A DNA stretch of 64,000 nt from a virus, in the IMG/VR virus record IMGVR_UViG_3300002835_000018, one strand, 5' to 3'. The translations under genes were made by a program, and so were the position numbers. Of this stretch, positions 29,275 through 39,646 are shown piece after piece. Each line of letters opens with the position of its first letter. The stretch's first letter is position 1. A model generated the notes under the pieces. The model was not told the DNA's origin, ran no database searches, and worked only from the letters and a program-made list of their open reading frames with translations.

Positions 29275-30304
29275 TACATTCTTTTATTTTTGAAAATATG
29301 TAATCTTCCCAATTTTTAATCATTGTTTTGTGTGTGTAATTACTTTCTACAATAGATTTAGCTAAAACGACCATTTCAGATTTTCTTCCTTGCTTGTAAG
29401 CTTCTTTTATTTTATTTGAAAATTCAACTGCTGTTGGTCTTACCTTGGTTGATAAACACAATTCACCATGTAAATTCATTAACTCTAAATAAGAGTTATA
29501 TTGAGTCGTTACAATTGGAACACCACAAAACCAAGACTCTAATAGTACTAACGGCATACCTTCTACATCTGAAGGAAGGACAATTACATCTGCACCAGCA
29601 TAGTAATCTCCAATGTTTTTTGTTTTTTTAATTAATTGAATATTTTGTTTTTTTATCAATTGAAAATCTTTTTTTAAAGAACCAGTATCAACAAATAAAA
29701 ATTTCCAACTTTCATCAAATAATTCTGAGCACTGAAGAAGAATTTTTGGATTTTTTTCTTCTGATAATCTACTTAAAAACAAAACAACTTTATTATCTTC
29801 ACAACCCCATTCTTTTCTTTGTTTCACTCTTCCTTTTAATTCTTCAAGTCTATTTATATCTATTCCATTGTATATTACAGTTGCATTATTTTCACTAAAT
29901 GCTGAAGCAGCAACTTTACTTACACCAACATGATATTTTGAATTTTTGCATGTTTGATTTATTAATAACTTATGATCTTTCCAAGATGGATCACTATGTG
30001 AAACATCTATGGTTGGACATTTTAAACTATTTTTTAAGTTTATATTTAAATTAAAACACCAAGATATAACTGCATCAGCATCACTCAAAAAATTTATAAT
30101 TTTTTCTGGATTTGAATAAAAGTTAGACAAAATTTTTGTTGTTTTTGGAACTTCTTCTAATAAAATTGAATCGCTTTGACCACTTAAATTTAAAATTAAA
30201 TAAGGGTCTAGTCTCTTGAAGAATTTTGCAAGAGTTACTATCCATCTTTCAGCACCACCCATGCCTAATGACGGTGTTATAAGTGCAACCTTTGGTTTAC
30301 TCAT
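29264..30304 (-). CDS. GT4 glycosyltransferase
   Basis: GGAERW, IYNGID, SRLSEEKN, SDVEGMPLVLLES. Confidence 0.9.
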   Translation of the reverse strand: MSKPKVALITPSLGMGGAERWIVTLAKFFKRLDPYLILNLSGQSDSILLEEVPKTTKILSNFYSNPEKIINFLSDADAVISWCFNLNINLKNSLKCPTIDVSHSDPSWKDHKLLINQTCKNSKYHVGVSKVAASAFSENNATVIYNGIDINRLEELKGRVKQRKEWGCEDNKVVLFLSRLSEEKNPKILLQCSELFDESWKFLFVDTGSLKKDFQLIKKQNIQLIKKTKNIGDYYAGADVIVLPSDVEGMPLVLLESWFCGVPIVTTQYNSYLELMNLHGELCLSTKVRPTAVEFSNKIKEAYKQGRKSEMVVLAKSIVESNYTHKTMIKNWEDYIFSKIKECNDT

Positions 30305-30476
30305 TTATCTCTATTTTTTTTTCGTAAAAGTAATTTTTACCCATTTCATTTTTTTTATTATCCATTTTTTCTTTGCACTTCTTACAGATTCTATTTGTTG
30401 CTGGATCACAACTTAGAAATTGTTTATTGCACCAACCTAAACAATTCACAAGTATTTTATTTTTTGTTTTCTTCAT
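30297..30476 (-). CDS. small Zn-finger protein
   Basis: CLGWC...CKKC; GGAGG RBS. Confidence 0.6.
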   Translation of the reverse strand: MKKTKNKILVNCLGWCNKQFLSCDPATNRICKKCKEKMDNKKNEMGKNYFYEKKIEINE

Positions 30477-30960
30477 AAAAAACCTCCTTCGTAAACTTAA
30501 TCGCATCATCATCTATTCCAAAGTAATTCTTTTCTAAATTGGCTATAAAGTCATTTTTTTTAAAAAATTTAATTGTATTAACATCATCTTCTTTACAATA
30601 AAAAACAATTTTATTTCTGTATTTTTTGTTGTATATAAAATCTAAAAAATCTTTACCAAAACCCGATCTTCTAAAATCTTTGTCTATACATATTCTTTCA
30701 ATTAGTAATTCGTTTTCTTTAACCTCAAAAAGTAAAAATCCAATAATTATTGAACCTTCACTTATTGTGTAAGTATATGTGTTCTTTTTTTTAACAAAAT
30801 CAACAAAATCAGATGAGTTCCAAGCTTTTTTTGAAACCATTTCTCCAAAATCTGGATCTTCTATAGTGCAATTTTTCTTTTCTATTTCTACTATAGATCT
30901 TAGGTTCTTTTTTAAAAGAAGTTTTATTTCACTTGAAATTTGTTTTTTCTTTTTAGCCAT
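30457..30960 (-). CDS. GNAT acetyltransferase (RimI-like)
   Basis: ICIDKDFRRSGFG motif A, FFKKNDF, NYF..DDA. Confidence 0.85.
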   Translation of the reverse strand: MAKKKKQISSEIKLLLKKNLRSIVEIEKKNCTIEDPDFGEMVSKKAWNSSDFVDFVKKKNTYTYTISEGSIIIGFLLFEVKENELLIERICIDKDFRRSGFGKDFLDFIYNKKYRNKIVFYCKEDDVNTIKFFKKNDFIANLEKNYFGIDDDAIKFTKEVFYEENKK

Positions 30961-30983
30961 TATAAACCTCAAGGAAAATAACT

Positions 30984-31268
30984 TTGAAAAATAGAATAGT
31001 CTATGCTTGTAAAAAGTTAACAAAAAAACTTTCAAATTCAACCACAATACTCAATTCTATCTCAAAAAATAATATTTATTCAAATGAAACTTTTGATTTA
31101 CTGTTAAAAATAATAAGAAAATGTTATTCAACTGGGATTATATCAGAATCAGAATTTATTTCATTGTTATCAATACTTGGTAAAAATGCAGATGATTTTA
31201 ATTCTAAAGGATTTATTGAAAAAAGTGTTGTTTGGTTTTTTGCTGATATAGCAGCAGACTTGTTATAG
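30984..31268 (+). CDS. hypothetical protein
   Basis: 94 aa ORF, TTG start. Confidence 0.5.
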   Translation: MKNRIVYACKKLTKKLSNSTTILNSISKNNIYSNETFDLLLKIIRKCYSTGIISESEFISLLSILGKNADDFNSKGFIEKSVVWFFADIAADLL

Positions 31269-31274
31269 TCAATA

Positions 31275-31566
31275 GGCCACTTCTTCTCCCTGATAGTACT
31301 ACTACCAGCAAGTTCCTAGAACAAGCAGTTTGTTATAAAATTTTGACCAAACAGGACATTAGAAAGAAGGTACTTGTAAAGTATCAGGTCTAGTATGAGA
31401 AGTGGTCACTCAAATTCTAGTATAATAATCTTTCTAAACTATTTCGTGCCACCCTGTTGAGAGTTTGGCTACTCTCTGGCAATCCTTGGGGTTATCCCCT
31501 GGTGATGTGATTCATTTCGGTATAAAAACTGCGGAAGAACCGTATGCTTGAATTGTTAACGCAGTT
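31275..31566. ncRNA. putative structured non-coding RNA
   Basis: ORF-free, GC-enriched, at least six complementary segment pairs including a possible pseudoknot. Confidence 0.45.
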
Positions 31567-31570
31567 GCTT

Positions 31571-31846
31571 TTAATCACATGCTCTTTTATAACTTTCAAC
31601 ATTTTCCTTACACAGAAGAAATATATACTTAGAGCAACCGTCTTTCAACCTAAAGTGTTTTATTTTCTTTTTATTTCCTATCGGTCTTTTATCACAACTT
31701 AAAAAAACCTCTTGCAAAATAATAAGTGCCTCTTTATTTGATGAAGCACATAGTGCAATACAACAACTTCCATTCTTATCTATAGAAGCTTTATTTTTTT
31801 TATTTTTTCCTTCTACTCTTATCCATATTTCATAAAGATATCTCAT
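31571..31846 (-). CDS. hypothetical protein
   Basis: 91 aa ORF. Confidence 0.5.
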   Translation of the reverse strand: MRYLYEIWIRVEGKNKKNKASIDKNGSCCIALCASSNKEALIILQEVFLSCDKRPIGNKKKIKHFRLKDGCSKYIFLLCKENVESYKRACD

Positions 31847-31927
31847 AAAACCCCAATAATTAAAGATTTTATTTTAAATAAGGTGTTTATTATAATAGCA
31901 AACTATATTTAAACAAGAAGTAAAACC

Positions 31928-32356
31928 ATGAAAATATATACTGGTGGAACTTTTGATTTATTCCATTCTGGTCATGCAAATTTTTTGAAAATATGCAAAG
32001 AGATATCTGGAAATAATGGCTTAGTTTTTGTTTCACTAAACACAGATTCATTTATAAAGTCATACAAAGGAATCAGTCCAACTTGCTCATATGAAGAAAG
32101 AAAAAGCGTCTTACTTTCTTGCAAATATGTTGATTTTGTAATACCAAATATTGGAAATGAAGATTCAAAAATTGCAATACTTCAAGTTAATCCAAACATC
32201 ATTATAGTTGGTTCTGATTGGGCAAAAAAAGACTATTATAAACAAATGGGTTTTACACAAGATTGGCTAGATTATAACAACATATATATGATGTATGTTC
32301 CATACACAAAAACAATATCAACAACTGAAATTAAAAAAAGGTTGATAAATGAATGA
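31928..32356 (+). CDS. cytidylyltransferase (TagD-like)
   Basis: GGTFDLFHSGH, VGSDW, ISTT. Confidence 0.92.
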   Translation: MKIYTGGTFDLFHSGHANFLKICKEISGNNGLVFVSLNTDSFIKSYKGISPTCSYEERKSVLLSCKYVDFVIPNIGNEDSKIAILQVNPNIIIVGSDWAKKDYYKQMGFTQDWLDYNNIYMMYVPYTKTISTTEIKKRLINE

Positions 32357-32984
32357 TATACTTTATGTAATACCATGCAAAATAATTACATTGAATCATT
32401 TAGATCATTTAAAAAAATGTGTAAAAAGCATATCTGACCTTATGGAGAATGATGACAAAATTTTAATTGTTGATTCTGATAGCAAAATAAAAAATCATTT
32501 TAATATTTCTTCTGAAAAAATAATTGTGGCAGATATTAAAAATAAAAATTATGAAGCTGGTGCATTGTTATATGCGTATAAAAATTTTGATTACAAAAGA
32601 TTTTTACTTATTCATGACTCTTGCGAATTAAAAGAAAGCATAAAAAAATTAGATGGCAATATATATGTTTATAATTATGTTTATGATTGGTTTGGATGCG
32701 AAGACATTCATGTTGAATCAACAATAAAATATTTAGATAAAACAAAATGGCTTAAAATACCAGAAGAATTTATAACAATTGTTGGATCTATATTTTTTGC
32801 AAAAAAAACAATTCTAGACATTATTTATAAAAACGGAATAGAAAATTTATTGCCACAAAACAAAATAGATTCTTGTGCTTTTGAAAGAATTTTTGGAATA
32901 ATCTTAACAAAAGAAGGTTATAAAGATGAAATTGTAAACAACAATAAACTTCCAATTTTTAAAAACTTTTTAGAGAGAACCTAA
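32349..32984 (+). CDS. glycosyltransferase-like protein
   Basis: IVDSDS, YEAGA, IHDS, FERIFG. Confidence 0.6.
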   Translation: MNDILYVIPCKIITLNHLDHLKKCVKSISDLMENDDKILIVDSDSKIKNHFNISSEKIIVADIKNKNYEAGALLYAYKNFDYKRFLLIHDSCELKESIKKLDGNIYVYNYVYDWFGCEDIHVESTIKYLDKTKWLKIPEEFITIVGSIFFAKKTILDIIYKNGIENLLPQNKIDSCAFERIFGIILTKEGYKDEIVNNNKLPIFKNFLERT

Positions 32985-32990
32985 TTAAAA

Positions 32991-33569
32991 ATGATAAAGT
33001 TTTCAATAATAATCCCAACATATAAAAGAACTCCCTTGCTTAATCGTGCAATGACCAGTGTTATAAATCAAGATTATGATAACTATGAAGTCCTTGTTTG
33101 TTCTGATGGCTATAGTCAGGATGATCAATGTTGTGTGTTAAATATGAACGATAGTCGTTTTACTTACAACTTTACAGAAAAACCAAAAGGTCAAAATTAT
33201 GGAAATGTTCAAAGAAATGCAATGATTTTAAAATGCACTGGAGATTACACAATATGGTTAGACGATGACAATGTTATTGAAGAAGACTATTTTTCATTTT
33301 CACATGATGAAATTTATAATAGAGACTACGGCATGTTAATATTTAAAATAGCTCACAATATTTTTAAAATTGTTCCTGAAAAAAATGAAATCAATATTGG
33401 AAATATAGATACATTAAATGCTATGGTTAAAACAGAAATAGCAAAAAAAATAAAATGGAGTTCATCATATATGTCAGATTCTTATTTTATAAAAGATGTA
33501 GAAAAATATTGTTTAAAAAATAATTTAAAAATTGGATTTTTTGATAAGATTATAGGTAGACACAATTAA
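32991..33569 (+). CDS. GT2 glycosyltransferase
   Basis: SIIIPTYKR, QDYDNYE, WLDDDN. Confidence 0.9.
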   Translation: MIKFSIIIPTYKRTPLLNRAMTSVINQDYDNYEVLVCSDGYSQDDQCCVLNMNDSRFTYNFTEKPKGQNYGNVQRNAMILKCTGDYTIWLDDDNVIEEDYFSFSHDEIYNRDYGMLIFKIAHNIFKIVPEKNEINIGNIDTLNAMVKTEIAKKIKWSSSYMSDSYFIKDVEKYCLKNNLKIGFFDKIIGRHN

Positions 33570-33659
33570 AATTACACTTGTTTTTTTGGTGTATATAAAT
33601 ATTAAGGAGATATTATATGAAAATTTCAAATTTTACAAACATGTTTACAATAAATTAAT

Positions 33660-34052
33660 ATGAGCATAATAGAAGACATACAACTGTACCTATCTAATGC
33701 AAATGTAGTAATTGTCGATATTGACAACACTATTTTGCGTAATGGTATATACCCAATTAAAAAGATGGTTGATTATGTTAATGAGTTATCAAAACAAAAT
33801 AAAATCTATATAATAACAGGCAGACCAGAAAAAGACAGGAAAGACACAATAGAAGCACTTAAAAAAGCTGGAGTTAAATACAATCGATTAATGATGAATA
33901 ACATTGGTAATAATCCAAAAGATCAAAATGAATCTAAGAAAAAACATGCTGAAAGCATTAAAGAAAAAGTTCTTTTCGCCATAGATGATAATCCAAAAAT
34001 GCGTAACGAATACAATAAGGTTGGAATTAAAACCAAGTCACCAAAAAGGTAG
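33660..34052 (+). CDS. HAD-family phosphatase (PNK 3'-phosphatase-like)
   Basis: DIDNT, ITGR, K, IDD. Confidence 0.85.
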   Translation: MSIIEDIQLYLSNANVVIVDIDNTILRNGIYPIKKMVDYVNELSKQNKIYIITGRPEKDRKDTIEALKKAGVKYNRLMMNNIGNNPKDQNESKKKHAESIKEKVLFAIDDNPKMRNEYNKVGIKTKSPKR

Positions 34053-34057
34053 CAACA

Positions 34058-34621
34058 ATGAAAACATTATCTGAAATTTATAGTTCAAAACATTTTTACA
34101 CCGATAAAAACACGGTTCATTCTTATATTGATCAAATTTACTCTGAATTATTTCATGAAATACAAGAGTCTGCTAAAAATATTTTAGAGATAGGTATTGA
34201 TCATGGTGGAAGTATATTATTGTGGAAAGATTATTTTTCGAATGCTACAATTTATGGAATAGATATAAATAATAAAAATGATATTTTTAAAGAAAAAGAA
34301 AGATTGAAAATATTGCATAGAGATGCTTATGATGAAAAATTTATAAGCTCTATTCCAGAAAATATTTTTGATTTAATTATTGATGATGGTCCTCATACCT
34401 TAAAAAGCATGACTTCATTTTTAGATGGTTATCAAAGTAAATTAAATGAAAATGGAATTATTATAATAGAAGATGTTCAAGAAATTTCTTGGATTGACAC
34501 ATTAATAGAACATGTTCATGAAGATTTAATTGATAACATTTATGTTCATGATCTTAGAGATATAAAAAATAGGGCTGATGATATATTATTTATTGTAGAC
34601 AAAAGAAAAAAAAACAATTAG
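34058..34621 (+). CDS. class I SAM-dependent methyltransferase
   Basis: ILEIGIDHGGS, GIDI, IIDDGPH, IIED. Confidence 0.88.
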   Translation: MKTLSEIYSSKHFYTDKNTVHSYIDQIYSELFHEIQESAKNILEIGIDHGGSILLWKDYFSNATIYGIDINNKNDIFKEKERLKILHRDAYDEKFISSIPENIFDLIIDDGPHTLKSMTSFLDGYQSKLNENGIIIIEDVQEISWIDTLIEHVHEDLIDNIYVHDLRDIKNRADDILFIVDKRKKNN

Positions 34622-34848
34622 GCAACAATGCTTGCTATATCAAATCGTTTGATTAAACTATCCACTCCAAACATATCCATATAAACATCTCTTATTTCTT
34701 CCATACAAACTCTATTGAACTTTACTCCAATGCTTTTTGACATTCTAATAGATGCCAATATCATTATTCGTCTGGCTTTTTTTTGCCTATTTTTTTTAAT
34801 TTTCATAATATCACATTGTACCAATTTGGAATCTCTCTTTTTTTCCAT
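34618..34848 (-). CDS. hypothetical protein
   Basis: 76 aa ORF, start uncertain. Confidence 0.45.
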   Translation of the reverse strand: MEKKRDSKLVQCDIMKIKKNRQKKARRIMILASIRMSKSIGVKFNRVCMEEIRDVYMDMFGVDSLIKRFDIASIVA

Positions 34849-35273
34849 TTTGCTATATGGGATTTAAATTTTATATAATACATTTTATATGACTCTATTG
34901 GATCTTTTGACTTTATTTCTTCTGGCATAGCTTGAACAAATTCTGTCATCTCAATATTTGGTATTTTACATGCGAATGTCAAACATTCTTCTATAATTCT
35001 TTTACACTTATGTTCTTTTTCATATCTGTAAGAATACTCATCACAAAGATGTATCCCTAGTTCGCACAACCAAATAAAATTTCCCATACTTTTCCCTGCC
35101 CAAAGTGTGCAAGGATGATTAACATGAGTTGATTTATAGGGTGTCATAATGCCATGACTATTAAGAATAGTGCATAAAATTTGTGCTGTTTCTAAAGGCA
35201 TTTTAACTATATGTTTGTCCATATGCCACTCAGCAGCTTGTTTTGGGTTTTTATCTAATACAAATATATTCAT
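34803..35273 (-). CDS. pyrimidine-dimer DNA glycosylase-like protein
   Basis: MNIFVLD...DKHIVKMPLETAQIL...HVNHPCTLW...QAMP. Confidence 0.85.
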   Translation of the reverse strand: MNIFVLDKNPKQAAEWHMDKHIVKMPLETAQILCTILNSHGIMTPYKSTHVNHPCTLWAGKSMGNFIWLCELGIHLCDEYSYRYEKEHKCKRIIEECLTFACKIPNIEMTEFVQAMPEEIKSKDPIESYKMYYIKFKSHIAKWKKREIPNWYNVIL

Positions 35274-35282
35274 TTTTTTCCT

Positions 35283-35492
35283 TTAAAAACTTAAATTTAT
35301 TTCTGTCATTTCAACAAACTCTAATGTTAAATCGTTATTGGATATAAACATTTTTGTTTTTTCTAATATTAATTTTGAATGTTCTTCGTTATAACAATCA
35401 AAAATATAAGCATTACTTTTTATTTTTGTTAATCCAACTTCTGGTTCTCTGCAAAAATAATTACCAACAAAATCTTTTATTATAGCTTTCAT
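35283..35492 (-). CDS. hypothetical protein
   Basis: AGGAG RBS, downstream of a promoter motif. Confidence 0.65.
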   Translation of the reverse strand: MKAIIKDFVGNYFCREPEVGLTKIKSNAYIFDCYNEEHSKLILEKTKMFISNNDLTLEFVEMTEINLSF

Positions 35493-35567
35493 CTTGATTA
35501 ACTCCTTTAAAATTGTAATATATTACTATTCGTACATCTGTCAAATTATTTAATTGATTGGAGCATT

Positions 35568-36245
35568 TTGATTAATTTAAATGATATAACAATTTGTGTA
35601 GTCGATTGCAAGAACTATAACAATGCTGCAAAATCAATAATTCATTGTTTTTCAGATTGTGGAATTTCTTTCAATAAAGCAATTTATTTTTCAGACATAA
35701 AACATTATAAGTTAAAAGAATATGGTATTGAATATGTAAACATAAATAAAATATCGTCTGCTAGAGAATACGATAATTTTATGATCAAAGAATTTCCAAA
35801 ATACATAGAAACAAAATTTGCATTAATTGTTCAACACGATGGTTTAATTTATAAACCAGAAAAATGGACAGATGATTTTTTAAAATATGATTACATTGGT
35901 GCTACTTGGCCTCATTCTCCAAATGGCATAAACCATGTTGGTAACGGTGGATTTTCTTTAAGATCAAAAGCGTTTATGGATCAAGCATCAAAAATTATTG
36001 GCGACCTATATTGTGATCATGCTGAAGATGTTTTCTTGTGCTGTACAATATATAAGAGAATGATAGATCTTGGTTTTAAATATGCAGACATTGATACTGC
36101 TTGTAAATTTTCAGTTGAACAACATTGGTCAAAAACAAACAATGATTCTTTTGGATTTCATTTGGCTGCATGTAATTCTATTCAAAAACATTTTGATTTT
36201 AGAGAAAAAATTTATAATAACCTTGAAGAAAACTGGAAAAATTAA
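35568..36245 (+). CDS. DUF5672-family protein
   Basis: IVQHDG, YDYIGATW, VGNGGFSLRS, AED, FSVE, FGFH. Confidence 0.85.
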   Translation: MINLNDITICVVDCKNYNNAAKSIIHCFSDCGISFNKAIYFSDIKHYKLKEYGIEYVNINKISSAREYDNFMIKEFPKYIETKFALIVQHDGLIYKPEKWTDDFLKYDYIGATWPHSPNGINHVGNGGFSLRSKAFMDQASKIIGDLYCDHAEDVFLCCTIYKRMIDLGFKYADIDTACKFSVEQHWSKTNNDSFGFHLAACNSIQKHFDFREKIYNNLEENWKN

Positions 36246-36613
36246 TTTGCTTCATGCATTTTTTCATCAAAGAAACCGCTTATAGTTTCTTCGTCTATTA
36301 ACTTTTTTAATTTGTTTCTTTTGTCGTTGTACTCAAATATAGATTTTGCAGCTTTTAAAATTTCTTCATCGTTAACTTTTGATCTTACTATATTTTCATA
36401 TTTCCATATTACTTTATTTATATAAAATAGTTCTTCTTCAAATTCAATAATCTTAATTCTTAAATCTTCTGGTATTTGATTATAAATAGTTAAAAGACTT
36501 TCTAATTGATTAATGTTATTTTCATTGTTTATTACTGAGCATTTTATTTTTAAAATTGTGATTTTGTCAATTAATTCACCAGTGCCAATAAAACTATTAT
36601 GTATCATATGCAT
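36242..36613 (-). CDS. DUF6165-like protein
   Basis: GELIDKITILKIK...INKVIWKYE...NDKRNKLK. Confidence 0.75.
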   Translation of the reverse strand: MHMIHNSFIGTGELIDKITILKIKCSVINNENNINQLESLLTIYNQIPEDLRIKIIEFEEELFYINKVIWKYENIVRSKVNDEEILKAAKSIFEYNDKRNKLKKLIDEETISGFFDEKMHEAN

Positions 36614-36622
36614 TCTCCATTT

Positions 36623-37186
36623 TTAAATTTTTTCGTAAATCCAACAATCTTTATCAATTAAAATTTTCTTGTCTAGAAAAAATTCATCAACCGCTTTTGT
36701 TACAGTTTTCCAAGAACCATAATCATGGCCAGATATAATGCCACCAATTTTAACTTTTGGTAACCATGCATTTATATCTGCTTTTACACTTTCATAATCG
36801 TGACTACCGTCTATAAATATAAAATCTATTGTTTTATCTTCATAATTTTTTGATGCAGAAATAGAATCCATTCTAACTGGATTAATGACAGAAGACAAAG
36901 AAGATGTGTTTTCAATAAACAATTCATATAAAGAATTGGATTTTACATATAAATCATTTATGTGTACATTTTCATTACTCCCCATCCATGTATCTATACA
37001 ATCTAATTTTATGTTTTTTTCAGAGTTTATAATCTCTACAGCAAGATAAGCTGAACTTTTTCCTTTCCATGATCCAACTTCAATAAATTTACTTCCAGAA
37101 GGAAACTTTTCAACCATTGACTTATAAAAGTCTTTATAATTAAACCAATCTTCGCCAAACTGTGGAAGTTGATATATGTGATTCAT
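36623..37186 (-). CDS. class I SAM methyltransferase (Methyltransf_24-like)
   Basis: EVGSWKGKS, FIDGSHDYESV, GGIISGHDY. Confidence 0.9.
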   Translation of the reverse strand: MNHIYQLPQFGEDWFNYKDFYKSMVEKFPSGSKFIEVGSWKGKSSAYLAVEIINSEKNIKLDCIDTWMGSNENVHINDLYVKSNSLYELFIENTSSLSSVINPVRMDSISASKNYEDKTIDFIFIDGSHDYESVKADINAWLPKVKIGGIISGHDYGSWKTVTKAVDEFFLDKKILIDKDCWIYEKI

Positions 37187-38433
37187 ATTGATACTTCACC
37201 AGGAACTCTCATTTTTAATGCTTCATCTGGAACTTTTAACAGATCGGCTTTTACATAAAGAATATCGTGTGTTTTATGCCATTCGCTTGGATAAAAGTTC
37301 TTAATTCTATTTGCTTGAAATCTTACTGGTGTTCCAATATATTTTGCCTGATCTCTTTTTGTGTAGTACCAGAAACTGTTACTGTTCCAAAATGATATGT
37401 GTGTTGGGTCTTGAAAAGCACCTCTTCCATCCGTTGATGGAGTTTGTGTCAAAAACCAACCCATTGGACATAGGCATCTGTATGCTTCTTTCATAACATG
37501 GATTGGGTCTTTTAAATGCTCAAGTGCATCATGTGCCCTTATCAATCCCACTTCGCCATCTTTAAAAGGCCAAGGATCGTTTAAATCATGTATAATTTCT
37601 GCGTTCTGCATGTCTACCGACTTGTACCCCTTTGGAGGATTAAAACCACCACAAAGGTCTATCTTAAGCAAACCATTAAGATCACACCATTTCTCAGCTA
37701 ATGAATAGATATACCTATCATGAATATTTAATGTTTCTTCTTGAATAAAAGCATTCTTTTCACCATAACAAGTATTGTTCTTATGCTTATAGTAAATGTA
37801 CAAGCATTTATCTATGTGTTTAACATTTCCTTGTATATATGTTTTGCAAAGAATATCATGGTCATCTAAAACTTCCATTGTTTCATTATGACCACCAATC
37901 TTTTCATAAAACGATTTTTTCCAAGCACGAACATGATTTGGGGCAAACCAAATTTTAGAAAATGATGCTGGAGTTGAATCAAAAGATATTAATTCTAAAA
38001 GATCTTTTCCATGATACTTAAAAGGTCTATTTCTCCAACCATAATAATCAGAATAAACAAATGGTTTCCCATCAGGGTCTATTTCTGCACAATTTGAATA
38101 GGCAAAATCAATTGTTTCATCTGAATTAAATGTGTTATACAATTCTTGCAAACAATCTTCTGTTAGCTCATCATCATGATCAACTTCAACTACTACAGTA
38201 CCGTTTGATCCCATAGACCCTTCTTTTTTGAAGAGTCCAATTAATTTTGAATTAGGGTTTTTTGATTCTAAAATTCTTGGTTTAAAAGCCAAAGATTCAA
38301 TATCAATATTGGCGTTTCCATTAGGAACAATCACCCATTCAAAATCTTTAAATGTTTGCCTTGCTATAGAACGAGAGAGTCTAGCAAGAAACTGTGTATT
38401 GTGTGTTGGTGTAACTATAGAAAAGTATGGCAT
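37183..38433 (-). CDS. GT2 glycosyltransferase fused to a methyltransferase-like domain
   Basis: SIVTPTHN, VDHDD; C-terminal DLCGG, HDALEH, AFQDPTH. Confidence 0.85.
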   Translation of the reverse strand: MPYFSIVTPTHNTQFLARLSRSIARQTFKDFEWVIVPNGNANIDIESLAFKPRILESKNPNSKLIGLFKKEGSMGSNGTVVVEVDHDDELTEDCLQELYNTFNSDETIDFAYSNCAEIDPDGKPFVYSDYYGWRNRPFKYHGKDLLELISFDSTPASFSKIWFAPNHVRAWKKSFYEKIGGHNETMEVLDDHDILCKTYIQGNVKHIDKCLYIYYKHKNNTCYGEKNAFIQEETLNIHDRYIYSLAEKWCDLNGLLKIDLCGGFNPPKGYKSVDMQNAEIIHDLNDPWPFKDGEVGLIRAHDALEHLKDPIHVMKEAYRCLCPMGWFLTQTPSTDGRGAFQDPTHISFWNSNSFWYYTKRDQAKYIGTPVRFQANRIKNFYPSEWHKTHDILYVKADLLKVPDEALKMRVPGEVSI

Positions 38434-39029
38434 TATTTTCTCACATTAAAAAAGAACAGTTGAACCAACCTAGAAAACTCACCGTACATTGTTGCTGAAT
38501 GAATCATTTTTCCATCCCAAAGAACCAGTCTATTGTATACAGATCCAACCCTGTCCACTAATTCCCAATTGTCTTCATTTAATAAGTTGTATTGTGTGTA
38601 TATGTCTGAATCATTTATTCCTTGTTTATTTTCTAAAGGATGACTTGGTGGTCTTCTACATCCATATTTTTTATCTTTCCAAAATGATGTGCCAGCATTT
38701 GTTGGACCATCTTTGGTTAAGTATACTGCTGCTGCATAATCTTGTGAATCACTATGCCATACCAATGGGTCATTTCCAGATGTTATTTGAAAAACACCAT
38801 TCATTGGTTGATTTAACCAATCTACTATTTGTACTTGCAATAACTTTTCAAATTCTTCTTTTACATAAGGAAACAAACAACCTGTTGTTCTTTTTCCTTT
38901 GTAGAATTTGTTTTCTTCTTTAAAATCAAAATCTTTTGTTTTTTCAACTATCCAATCTGGATCTTTATAAAAGTTGTCAACAACAAGCAAACTAGGTATT
39001 CTCTGATTAAACATAATTTCATCATCCAT
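38433..39029 (-). CDS. 2OG-Fe(II) oxygenase-like (DUF6445-like)
   Basis: VVDNFYKDP, WHSD, GTSF, YNRLVLW, IHS, RLVQLFFF. Confidence 0.75.
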   Translation of the reverse strand: MDDEIMFNQRIPSLLVVDNFYKDPDWIVEKTKDFDFKEENKFYKGKRTTGCLFPYVKEEFEKLLQVQIVDWLNQPMNGVFQITSGNDPLVWHSDSQDYAAAVYLTKDGPTNAGTSFWKDKKYGCRRPPSHPLENKQGINDSDIYTQYNLLNEDNWELVDRVGSVYNRLVLWDGKMIHSATMYGEFSRLVQLFFFNVRK

Positions 39030-39645
39030 TTTTCCAAGTCCTCTCATCTTCAATATTTTCATTATTTCTTAAATCAATCACTACAGATTCAAATATAGCA
39101 GAGTAGGGTATAAAAACAAGCAATTTACTATAATGCCTTGAGTCTATTCCTTCATCAATTTTAAACCACACTTCAATCCTAGATTTGTTTGAAGCCAATT
39201 TTTTTGTTTTGTTCCTAGTAAATGCACACTCTTGCTCATATTGTTTTACTTGATGTAATGTTATTTCTAATTTCTGTATTTCTTTTTGGACTATTTTTTT
39301 GATTGCTTCTGTTTCCGCAACTATTATTTGTCTCTTATCTGCTGAAAGACATATGTATAATGTTGCCTCAGTTCGAACATCTCTGCCGTTTGCTTCTTCG
39401 TATGATGAAGCATTGTTAGAATAAAATCTTTTTGCCTCATAAATAATATCAGATTTATTTTCACGACATTTCATTTGTGCAGTTTTATTGCTTTTTTTAC
39501 ACTTATAATCAATCATTAACTTTTTGTCTTCTTCAATAGAAGCCTTTTCAAATTCATACTTAAATCTAAAGTTTAAATATTTGGCAACTTTATCTGCTAA
39601 ACTATTACCGTTTTCAATTCTAGTTGTTATTTTATCAGTTTTCAC
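39022..39645 (-). CDS. hypothetical protein (possible PD-(D/E)XK fold)
   Basis: ED...IDY...AQMK. Confidence 0.55.
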   Translation of the reverse strand: MKTDKITTRIENGNSLADKVAKYLNFRFKYEFEKASIEEDKKLMIDYKCKKSNKTAQMKCRENKSDIIYEAKRFYSNNASSYEEANGRDVRTEATLYICLSADKRQIIVAETEAIKKIVQKEIQKLEITLHQVKQYEQECAFTRNKTKKLASNKSRIEVWFKIDEGIDSRHYSKLLVFIPYSAIFESVVIDLRNNENIEDERTWKNG

Positions 39646-39646
39646 T

